Origin: Escherichia coli | GTDB taxonomy: Bacteria > Pseudomonadota > Gammaproteobacteria > Enterobacterales > Enterobacteriaceae | Assembly: GCF_003334385.1 (NCBI RefSeq) | Contig: NZ_QOWN01000002.1 | DNA: 64,000 bases | Strand: one strand, 5' to 3' | Shown: positions 1 through 7,706 of the stretch, piece after piece | Layout of the letters: each line of letters starts with the position of its first letter | Numbering within the stretch: the first letter of the stretch is position 1 | Program-made: the position numbers and the translations under genes | The notes under the pieces: model-generated | Database searches by the model: none | Seen by the model: the letters and a program-made list of their open reading frames with translations, nothing else | What the model was told of the DNA's origin: nothing

Positions 1-1
1 G

Positions 2-1027
2 ACCAATAATTATCTCGGTTTAACCTTTAATCATGATGCCATCAGCGAAGGTCAGGCCGCGTTAGCGGCCCAAGGTACCGGCACCACCGGTTCTCGTATG
101 GCAAACGGCAGTTATGCGCCGCACCTGGCGTTAGAGAAAGAGATTGCCGAGTTTTTCAATCGCCCTACCGCTATCGTTTTTTCAACCGGTTATACCGCTA
201 ATTTAGGCGTCATCAGCGCACTTGCCGACCATAACGCCGTGGTGTTACTGGATGCCGACAGCCACGCCAGTATTTATGACGCCTGTTCTCTCGGTGGCGC
301 GGAAATTATTCGTTTCCGCCATAACGATGCTAAAGATCTGGAACGGCGCATGGTTCGCCTCGGTGAACGGGCGAAAGAGGCGATTATCATCGTTGAGGGT
401 ATCTACAGCATGCTCGGTGACGTTGCGCCGTTAGCGGAAATTGTTGATATCAAACGTCGTCTCGGTGGTTATTTGATTGTCGATGAAGCGCATTCGTTTG
501 GCGTGTTAGGCGCAACGGGGCGCGGACTGGCTGAAGCTGTCGGCGTTGAAGATGATGTGGATATTATCGTTGGCACCTTCAGTAAAAGTCTGGCCTCGAT
601 TGGCGGTTTTGCTGTCGGTTCGGAAGCGATGGAAGTGCTGCGCTACGGCAGCCGCCCGTATATTTTTACCGCCTCTCCTTCTCCGTCCTGCATTGCGACC
701 GTGCGCTCGTCGTTAAGAACTATTGCCACACAACCAGAGCTGCGGCAAAAGCTGATGGATAATGCCAACCATCTGTATGGCGGTCTGCAAAAACTGGGTT
801 ATGAGTTAAGTTCACATATTAGCCCGGTAGTGCCGGTAATAATCGGTTCGAAAGAGGACGGTTTACGCATCTGGCGCGAGCTTATTTCGCTGGGCGTTTA
901 TGTGAATCTTATCCTGCCACCTGCCGCGCCTGCAGGCATCACGCTGCTGCGCTGTAGCGTAAACGCTGCTCACAGTCGTGAGCAAATCGATGCCATCATT
1001 CAGGCATTTGCTACTCTGAAGCAGTAA
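2..1027 (+). CDS. alpha-oxoamine synthase family PLP enzyme (BioF/Kbl/serine-palmitoyltransferase-like); 5' end lies outside the window
   Basis: The frame is open from nt 2 (TNNYLGLTFNHD...GTTGSRMANGSY), so the ATG at 98 is internal. Family motifs present: NNYLGL, DEAHSFGVLG and GTFSKSLASIGGF (putative PLP-lysine codon 584-586). Stop at 1025-1027. Confidence 0.85.
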   Translation, partial: TNNYLGLTFNHDAISEGQAALAAQGTGTTGSRMANGSYAPHLALEKEIAEFFNRPTAIVFSTGYTANLGVISALADHNAVVLLDADSHASIYDACSLGGAEIIRFRHNDAKDLERRMVRLGERAKEAIIIVEGIYSMLGDVAPLAEIVDIKRRLGGYLIVDEAHSFGVLGATGRGLAEAVGVEDDVDIIVGTFSKSLASIGGFAVGSEAMEVLRYGSRPYIFTASPSPSCIATVRSSLRTIATQPELRQKLMDNANHLYGGLQKLGYELSSHISPVVPVIIGSKEDGLRIWRELISLGVYVNLILPPAAPAGITLLRCSVNAAHSREQIDAIIQAFATLKQ

Positions 1028-1033
1028 TGTGAG

Positions 1034-1060
1034 CCCGCCGTGGTGTTGCGCCACGGCGGG
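1034..1060. terminator. GC-rich hairpin between convergent genes
   Basis: cccgccgtgg (1034-1043) and ccacggcggg (1051-1060) form a perfect 10-bp stem followed by ttt. It sits between the stop codons at 1027 (+) and 1062 (-). Confidence 0.6.
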
Positions 1061-1061
1061 T

Positions 1062-2141
1062 TTAATGTTGTCTGTCATACCAATACACCAGGCTCAACGC
1101 CACCAGCACAAACGCTATCGGTAAACCGAGCGCGGTAACAGGTGCGCTCAACGCAAATAGCAATCCCAGATTGACCATGATTTGATAGCTGATCCAGGTG
1201 AGTAAGCCAACGATGACACCTACAGCGAGACGGCTACCCATCCCTGGCGAGCGCGGGGCGCTAAAGGTAAACGGCACAGCCAGCAAAATCATCGCCAGGG
1301 TCAGGATGGGTTGCCCCAGTTTTTCCCACAGTGCAAGGCGGTATTCGCTGCTGGGTTGCCCGGTTTCCTGCAAATAATGGATGTAATGATTAAGCTGACG
1401 GACAGAAAAAGTATTGCCCGGCATTGATAACTCTTCAAGATCCATACTGGTGAAGGCCGATTGCCAGGCAAGATTATCTAATGTTTCCAGCGTTTCTTTG
1501 CCATTCAGCCATTTTTTATGATTCACACCATGCAGGATCCACGTTTTGTCGTCTTCAATGGTGGCACTGCGTGCATAAATGTAGGATTCGAGCGAGAGAT
1601 CGTCGCGATAATGAAAAATCTCCACGCCCACCGGCTGGCCCTGCTCGTTCAGCGATTTCACCGTCACAAATTCATTACCACGCCTGGCCCACAGCATATT
1701 GCCGGTAATGTCATCGTCCTCCCCCAACGCGGTGGCGGTCGATTTGATTTGCAACGCCTGTTGCTGTAATGGCGACGCTACCCACTCATCTATCGCGCCT
1801 AACGAAACAGTCCACAATATCCCTGCAACCAGCGCCACCAGTGCAATACGGAAGATAGAAAACCCCATGCTGCGAATGGCGGTAAGCTCACTGTTTTTCG
1901 ATAACTGCCCCAGGCCGACAATCCCTCCCAATAAGGCGATAAATGGCGAAAGTTCGACCAGTGTGCGCGGTAAGGTCATTAGCACCACCAGCACCGCCTG
2001 AGTCCAGCGATAACCGCCCGGGCTGACATCATCCAGTTCGTTAATCAGGTTGAAGGTGGTAAAAAGCGGCAGCAATAGCCCTGCGGCGGCGGCAAAACCG
2101 AGAAAGAGATGACGGATTAAATAGCGGCTGAAAACATTCAT
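1062..2141 (-). CDS. LptG-like permease (YjgP/YjgQ family), accessory paralogue
   Basis: ORF 1062..2222. The internal ATG at 2141 gives MNVFSRYLIRHLFLGF..., a typical YjgP/YjgQ N-terminus, and makes an ATGA start/stop overlap with the upstream gene (2138-2141). Multiple hydrophobic segments flank a central soluble domain (WARRGNEFVTVKSL...WILHGV). Confidence 0.8.
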   Translation of the reverse strand: MNVFSRYLIRHLFLGFAAAAGLLLPLFTTFNLINELDDVSPGGYRWTQAVLVVLMTLPRTLVELSPFIALLGGIVGLGQLSKNSELTAIRSMGFSIFRIALVALVAGILWTVSLGAIDEWVASPLQQQALQIKSTATALGEDDDITGNMLWARRGNEFVTVKSLNEQGQPVGVEIFHYRDDLSLESYIYARSATIEDDKTWILHGVNHKKWLNGKETLETLDNLAWQSAFTSMDLEELSMPGNTFSVRQLNHYIHYLQETGQPSSEYRLALWEKLGQPILTLAMILLAVPFTFSAPRSPGMGSRLAVGVIVGLLTWISYQIMVNLGLLFALSAPVTALGLPIAFVLVALSLVYWYDRQH

Positions 2142-3208
2142 CGGGAAAATTTCTGCAGCAAAGAGAAGTCGCGTGCGACCAGCATCAGCAGGCCCATTAG
2201 CATGAGTCCGGGTACTAACCACAAACCAGGAATGAGGGGAATCGCGCCGTTAGCCACCAGCGTACGGCAGACGTCACCGCCATAAAAAATGGCAATAAAC
2301 AGCAACGTCAGTGGCAATAACGTTGAAAATCGCCCTTGCCGCGGTTTTACCCGACTTAATGAAATGGCCAGCAGCGCCATCAACAATGCGGTCAGGCCAC
2401 GGCTTTGCCGCCATTGCAGTTCGGCATGATCGGCTGGAAAGACGGAGCGCGCCAGCTCCGTGACCGATTTCGCTTTGCGTTTGACGTTAGGGCTTTGATC
2501 CAGCGGATTCAGATGTAATTGCAGATTACGGTAGATCTGTTCGTTGTCATCACGCCCCTGATGATCGATAAGATAGGCAGTGCCGTTGTGCAACATAACG
2601 GTCGGTTTCTCGGGTGATGGGTCAACCACATCAACCGAACGGGCGCGGAAAATGCGGGTTCGATTGGCAGTAGAAGTATAAATCAGCGCGTCAGTCAGGC
2701 GATTATTATCCTGATCAACCGTCTGCGAAAGGATCATTCGTCCGTTATCGTTAGTGTTAAATTTCTTTGCCCGCAACTGGCGAACATCCAGCTCCGACTG
2801 CGACTGCTGCTCCAGTTGATAAATCTGCGCATAAGCCCACGGACGACCATACATCGACAGAAGGGTGACAAAAATACTTAGCGGTATCGCCAGATAAAGA
2901 ACGGCTTTGTACAAGCGTCCCGGACTGCCCCCCGCCGCAGAGATAGCGGTAATTTCCGAGTCGGTATACATCTGCCCTAGCGTCACGCCAACTGACACAT
3001 ACAGACCAACAGGTAACAACATCTCCAGTGCAATCAGTACTTTGTAGAAAACGATATCCAGCACAACATCAAGAGCTAATGTCCCATTTGCCGCTTCGGT
3101 CAGATAACGCTGTGCGGAGTAGCTGGCGAAAATAAAGATCAGAAAACCGACGATAATCAGCACCAGACGGCGCGTACCACGCATGATGTAGTGTTCAACC
3201 AGCTTCAT
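2138..3208 (-). CDS. LptF-like permease (YjgP/YjgQ family), accessory paralogue
   Basis: 356-aa ORF with ATG at 3206-3208. The N-terminus MKLVEHYIMRGTRRLVLIIVGFLIFIF and the topology (3 TM, soluble domain, 3 TM) resemble LptF/LptG. It is translationally coupled to the next gene. Confidence 0.8.
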   Translation of the reverse strand: MKLVEHYIMRGTRRLVLIIVGFLIFIFASYSAQRYLTEAANGTLALDVVLDIVFYKVLIALEMLLPVGLYVSVGVTLGQMYTDSEITAISAAGGSPGRLYKAVLYLAIPLSIFVTLLSMYGRPWAYAQIYQLEQQSQSELDVRQLRAKKFNTNDNGRMILSQTVDQDNNRLTDALIYTSTANRTRIFRARSVDVVDPSPEKPTVMLHNGTAYLIDHQGRDDNEQIYRNLQLHLNPLDQSPNVKRKAKSVTELARSVFPADHAELQWRQSRGLTALLMALLAISLSRVKPRQGRFSTLLPLTLLFIAIFYGGDVCRTLVANGAIPLIPGLWLVPGLMLMGLLMLVARDFSLLQKFSR

Positions 3209-3238
3209 CTCACTAACGCCCTCAATCCTTTGAGTTTT

Positions 3239-3802
3239 TTATTCATTGATCAGTTTCTGCGCCAACGCAATGACATGATCTACCTCTTCCGGCGTCAGGC
3301 TGCCGTCCTTTGCCCACTGAATTTGCCCGGCTTTATTCAGCACCAGAATGGTTGAACTCTGCTCCGGCAAGCGCCAGGCAACGCGTCCCTGTCCATTGCC
3401 GTCAATAACGAATTGCGCCCACGGATAGCGGCGTTTATTTTTTTCGATTTTGCCAACAACAAAATAGCCAGTACCAAAGATGGCATCATCGGTGTTCACA
3501 ATGGTGGTGGGCTGAAAACGATCCTGCGGAAAGTTTGCCGCTTCAACCGCTTTAATTAACAGTGAGTTCTTTTTCTTCGCCGACTTACGCCCGGCGATAT
3601 ACTGAATAATGCGGACTTTTCCCGCTAATTGTGTGCTGTTCCACTTTTGGTAGTGAATTTCGTCGTCGCTATTCAGAAGCAGCTCGCCGCCTTCCTGGAT
3701 ATAAACAGGGGTAACCGTTTTGCCAGTGACGAAATTGTGTGCCTGCACACCCGGGGCTAAGAGCATGATAATCAACGCAATAATCAAACGAGATGACATC
3801 AT
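3239..3802 (-). CDS. YtfJ/HI0045-family periplasmic protein (signal peptide)
   Basis: 187-aa ORF. The N-terminal signal-like sequence is MMSSRLIIALIIMLLAPGVQA-HN. A GGAG Shine-Dalgarno lies upstream of the ATGATG start. Similarity to E. coli YtfJ is recognised by eye, not by search. Confidence 0.65.
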   Translation of the reverse strand: MMSSRLIIALIIMLLAPGVQAHNFVTGKTVTPVYIQEGGELLLNSDDEIHYQKWNSTQLAGKVRIIQYIAGRKSAKKKNSLLIKAVEAANFPQDRFQPTTIVNTDDAIFGTGYFVVGKIEKNKRRYPWAQFVIDGNGQGRVAWRLPEQSSTILVLNKAGQIQWAKDGSLTPEEVDHVIALAQKLINE

Positions 3803-3810
3803 TGCTCCGG

Positions 3811-4635
3811 CTATAGCGGAAAACGCGAAATCAGCAGCTCTAAGCGCTGACGAATATCGCTATCCAGCGCCACCGGTGCATCATACGACTGGCGGTTTTC
3901 CATATCATCCGCCACCATGTCGTCGTGTTTATCTCCCATCAGGCCATTAATGGCGGCGAGGAAGCGGGATATCTGTAACGCCTCTTTATTTTCAGGATCA
4001 AGCGATCTTAAGGTGTCGTAATAAGAAACCTGCTGGCTGATGATTTTTCGCACATCATGAAATTCCCTACCGGTTAGTCGCGGTTTGGCAATAATCTCTT
4101 TCAGGGTATGCATTTGCTTTTGCCGATAGGCAATAAAACTGCTTACGCTTTCTAACTGGCTATGGCGTAATGAATAGTTCACCAACGACCAGACCGGAGA
4201 GCTTAAATAAATCCGTAACAGGTTGCCGTAATACGACACAATATTTTTCTTACCGTTACGAAAGCCGTCCTGAAAACGCCCCAGAAAAACGGTCGTTTTG
4301 CCGAATAAAAATCCGGCCTGATGCTTCTTTAAATACAGCCGTTGCGCAAAACGCAGGTGCTTGTAGCGCGCTCGCATGTATTTAAATTGTTTGCGCTCAT
4401 CAGCAGTCAGCTCATCGCCTTTGGCTTGTTTGCGAACTAAACGCAGTAACTCCTGACGATCAACGCCATTGAGCCAGAATTGCAGGCATAACGCGTAATT
4501 ATCATGAATGATTTCGGTGGTACAACTTAGTGCAATAGTCGGCGGCAAACTAACCTGTGCATCAACGACATCATCTTCTTCAATCGCAACAAATAGACGC
4601 TCGCTCGCCTCAAGCGGGAAATATTTTCTCATCAT
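3811..4635 (-). CDS. hypothetical cytoplasmic protein (274 aa), no family recognised
   Basis: Long ORF in an operon context. Its ATG overlaps the yghQ stop by 1 nt (TGATGATG at about 4630-4637). No TM segment or signal peptide is visible. Confidence 0.7.
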   Translation of the reverse strand: MMRKYFPLEASERLFVAIEEDDVVDAQVSLPPTIALSCTTEIIHDNYALCLQFWLNGVDRQELLRLVRKQAKGDELTADERKQFKYMRARYKHLRFAQRLYLKKHQAGFLFGKTTVFLGRFQDGFRNGKKNIVSYYGNLLRIYLSSPVWSLVNYSLRHSQLESVSSFIAYRQKQMHTLKEIIAKPRLTGREFHDVRKIISQQVSYYDTLRSLDPENKEALQISRFLAAINGLMGDKHDDMVADDMENRQSYDAPVALDSDIRQRLELLISRFPL

Positions 4636-5984
4636 CAGGATTTCTCTCCGGCTGCGTTATAAAGCAAGGAATGGCGCTGAAAAAATGCCTTTAAGGTTGG
4701 AATTAACGAGAGCGCCACGTCCAGACATTGCCCACCGAAGTAAGCAAACGCTGCTCCCAGCACACCAAACAGATGACAGAACATGAACAGCAATACGATG
4801 TAGCCGATTGAGGCGATGGTTTGCGCCACGAGAAAAGCGCGCTGTTTTCCCGCCATCAATAGCAATGACTCCTGAGGGAAGCCCAGCATCGAAATCACAA
4901 TTGCGCCCAGCATCACCTGAATCAGGTCATACGCTTCGAGATACTTAACGCCAAACACCAGCGAAATGAGCGGCTTGCCGACGATCAACACCGCGAGCGC
5001 CACCAGAATACCGATTCCGCCCGCCAGTAAACCGGACTTCACACCTAACAACCACGGTCTGGTGGTGCGCGGATCTAAACGCATCACCTCTGGGTAAAAA
5101 CTTTTACCCAGCAAACCCGCTGGCGTTCCGGCGGCGTCGAAGAATGTCATGGCGATTTTAAATAACCCGGCGGCAGCGGGTCCTAACACGATCCCCACCA
5201 ACACTGTGCTGCACGAGTTACGCGCCGACCAGATGGAGTGGGCAATGTTGGTTGACCAGACAAAACTCCACGCGCCTTTAATGTATCGGGCAGACTCAAA
5301 CAGATTCAATTTGAAGGCGTTATGGATATTTCGGCGGCGTAATTCGCGCGCGGCAAACCACCAGTACATGGTGCCGCCAACCAGATTCGACACGTACCAG
5401 GCAATAACAAAACCCGCAAAACCAAAGTCAAAATACCAGGCTACGACGCTCCCCGCTGCGCGCAGAAAAGGTTTCGTCGCCTGCTGTACAGCAATTAAAT
5501 CGAAGCGATCTACCGCACGCAGAATGCCGGTCGGCGTGGAGGAAGCCATTGAAGGAATGAGCGTGCAATAGAGCGCTGCCAGCCAAAAACTTTGGTCATC
5601 CAGACCTAATGAATGGGAAAGGAATGGCAGTAAGGCAATGCCACCGACAATCGCCACCGCGCCGCTGACGATATCCAGCGAGAAGGAAAATGAGACGACA
5701 TTGCGGAATTGCTGCGGATTATTGTTGGTTAATGCTGGTGTTCCGTACTGAACCACCAGTTGCCATGTCTGAAACTTAATAAAATCGCTGATCGACTTGG
5801 CGTACGATTGCACAATCACCAGTACGCCAAACATGGCGGGCGTCATCCCTTTACCGGCACACGAGAGCGCCAACAGACCCAGCAAGGCGCTCACGACATT
5901 ACTGGAGCCTAACCAGGCGCTATTGCGAATAATGGTGCGAAACGCGCCATCTGCAAACCAATGTTTGATGTTAAAACCCGCCAA
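4635..5984 (-). CDS. yghQ: inner-membrane MOP/PST-type (Wzx-like) flippase family protein YghQ, full length
   Basis: 449-aa polytopic membrane ORF whose C-terminal part I recognise as K-12 YghQ. The first codon at 5982-5984 is TTG, with AGG about 6 nt upstream. Confidence 0.8.
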   Translation of the reverse strand: MAGFNIKHWFADGAFRTIIRNSAWLGSSNVVSALLGLLALSCAGKGMTPAMFGVLVIVQSYAKSISDFIKFQTWQLVVQYGTPALTNNNPQQFRNVVSFSFSLDIVSGAVAIVGGIALLPFLSHSLGLDDQSFWLAALYCTLIPSMASSTPTGILRAVDRFDLIAVQQATKPFLRAAGSVVAWYFDFGFAGFVIAWYVSNLVGGTMYWWFAARELRRRNIHNAFKLNLFESARYIKGAWSFVWSTNIAHSIWSARNSCSTVLVGIVLGPAAAGLFKIAMTFFDAAGTPAGLLGKSFYPEVMRLDPRTTRPWLLGVKSGLLAGGIGILVALAVLIVGKPLISLVFGVKYLEAYDLIQVMLGAIVISMLGFPQESLLLMAGKQRAFLVAQTIASIGYIVLLFMFCHLFGVLGAAFAYFGGQCLDVALSLIPTLKAFFQRHSLLYNAAGEKS

Positions 5985-6029
5985 TTCAGCCTGACCTTAT
6001 CGTTGATAGTAAAAAGTATCCCGCCAGCC

Positions 6030-6788
6030 TTAAGTTAAACTTCGGCGGTCAGAAACGATGGCAACCAGAGAAACCGCCTTCTGTGCCTGTTCCAGCACTT
6101 CGCTGTAGGGCGCTCTGGAATCAATCTCAAGAATTTTTGTGCCGTTATAGCCAATCTTCGACATGACACCGATTTTGTCCTGCAGCTCGGCATAGTCATG
6201 GTCAGGCTTGCGGGAGATGGCAGTCTCAATATCAATGCCCAGGCGAATAATTAATTCCGGGCGATATTGCGCCATTTGTTGGTATAAACGCCGTTCGCGC
6301 TGCGCCAGAAACATGCTGATTTTCCCGGTCGCACGTTCGACGCCAATCCCCGGTCCATCATAATAAAAGCCCGAAATTTCAGCCTGCGGGAAGCGATCGC
6401 TGACCACCAGAACGCCACTTTGCGCCAGTCGCTGAACCTTGCGTAGATTCGCCATTCTTCGCAGCGAGAAGCAGTACATAATCACCGCCGCCCATAGCGC
6501 CGGAGATTTGGTTTTCATGCTTTGGGTTTTCGAGGATTTGGCCGCCAGTCGCCGTTCCAGCCAGACGCCAACCAACGGCAATCGTTTGATTTTGTCGCCG
6601 TCTTCGCCGGAGAGCAGCCCCAGATAGCGCCGCTCGGTTTGCCAGTGTTGTTGCAGCGATTTCACCAGGTCGGTGGTCAGTGTGGATTTACCGGTGCCAT
6701 CACACCCGACCACCGCAATCAGCCCCGGAATGTAGTTGGGCTGCGGCGCGGTTGTACTATTAACAGTTTGAGTTTGTAGTGCATCCAT
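6030..6788 (-). CDS. yghR: P-loop NTP-binding protein YghR
   Basis: 252 aa. Walker A VGCDGTGKSTL, then SDRFPQ and SRKPDH motifs. Paralogous to the next two genes. Confidence 0.9.
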   Translation of the reverse strand: MDALQTQTVNSTTAPQPNYIPGLIAVVGCDGTGKSTLTTDLVKSLQQHWQTERRYLGLLSGEDGDKIKRLPLVGVWLERRLAAKSSKTQSMKTKSPALWAAVIMYCFSLRRMANLRKVQRLAQSGVLVVSDRFPQAEISGFYYDGPGIGVERATGKISMFLAQRERRLYQQMAQYRPELIIRLGIDIETAISRKPDHDYAELQDKIGVMSKIGYNGTKILEIDSRAPYSEVLEQAQKAVSLVAIVSDRRSLT

Positions 6789-6819
6789 TCGTTAAATCAT
6801 CCCCTATCCATTTTGGTGA

Positions 6820-7533
6820 TCAGGAAAGCGCGGCGTGAATTGCGCGTAGTGACGCTTGCAGAATTTCATCGGCGGGGTGTCGCCCATCCAGTTCAAGGAT
6901 CTTTGCGCCATTGAATGTCAGTTGCGGCGTAACGGCGATTTTTTCCTGTAACGCTGCCAGTTGGTGGTCAGGTTTACGCGCAAACGCGGTTTGTTCATCA
7001 ATGCCAAGACGAATCAACAATACGGGCAAATAAGATGCCATCCATTGGTACAGCTTCAGCTCGCGCTGCCTTAACATTTTTATCCAACCGTTACCGCCCG
7101 TGGTTTTTGCCAATTGCGGGCCATCAAAGCGAAACCCCGGCACTTCAACCTGCGGGTAGCGGTCGGTGATGAGCAGAAAGCCTTGCTGGCTTTTACACAA
7201 CATTTTGCGAAACTTGTACGCCCGCCAGCAGGAAAGCAGATAGATAACCAGTGCAGTAATATTGCCAGGCGGTGTTGAGGGCTTTTCGTGCACATGTGCC
7301 GCTTTACTTCGCAGATAACGCCCAAAAGGTGCGCCAATAACAGGGAGCTGTGAAATCCATTCGCCAATTCGCCCGGACGATTGCCCGAGATAAATGTGTT
7401 CTGTTGGCATTCTTGCTGCCAGTTCATTTACCAGGCTTGCCGTGAGGGTCGATTTACCTGAACCATCACATCCTACAATGGCAATAACACGCACTGGCGT
7501 GGAATTAATTATTGACATATTACGTTGATTCAC
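6820..7533 (-). CDS. yghS: P-loop NTP-binding protein YghS
   Basis: 237 aa with a GTG start at 7531-7533. Walker A VGCDGSGKSTL, then TDRYPQ and ARKPDH motifs. Confidence 0.9.
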   Translation of the reverse strand: MNQRNMSIINSTPVRVIAIVGCDGSGKSTLTASLVNELAARMPTEHIYLGQSSGRIGEWISQLPVIGAPFGRYLRSKAAHVHEKPSTPPGNITALVIYLLSCWRAYKFRKMLCKSQQGFLLITDRYPQVEVPGFRFDGPQLAKTTGGNGWIKMLRQRELKLYQWMASYLPVLLIRLGIDEQTAFARKPDHQLAALQEKIAVTPQLTFNGAKILELDGRHPADEILQASLRAIHAALS

Positions 7534-7706
7534 GAAAAACCCGGCAGTAAATAATGTATTGAATATTACGTGGTCCGTGCTCAGAATATCCGTTCAACCT
7601 TATTGTGACAATGGTTAATTGTGACATTGACCTGAATTACGCTTTCATAAAAACATATTAACCAAATAAATATTTTTAATGGATATTTAAATTAAAGGAT
7701 ATATTC

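Noticed and set aside
2138-2222. An 85-nt overlap between the two YjgP/YjgQ-type ORFs, as given in the ORF track.
   Set aside because: The overlap disappears if the downstream gene starts at the internal ATG at 2141 (MNVFSRYLIRH...). That start gives a canonical family N-terminus and an ATGA coupling junction.
4294-4317. A-GFLF-GKT in the 274-aa orphan matches the loose P-loop pattern [AG]-x4-G-K-[ST].
   Set aside because: The loop residues are bulky hydrophobics, unlike genuine Walker A loops, and no Walker B or sulfotransferase PSB context could be recognised. This is most likely a chance pattern match. Structure prediction would settle it.
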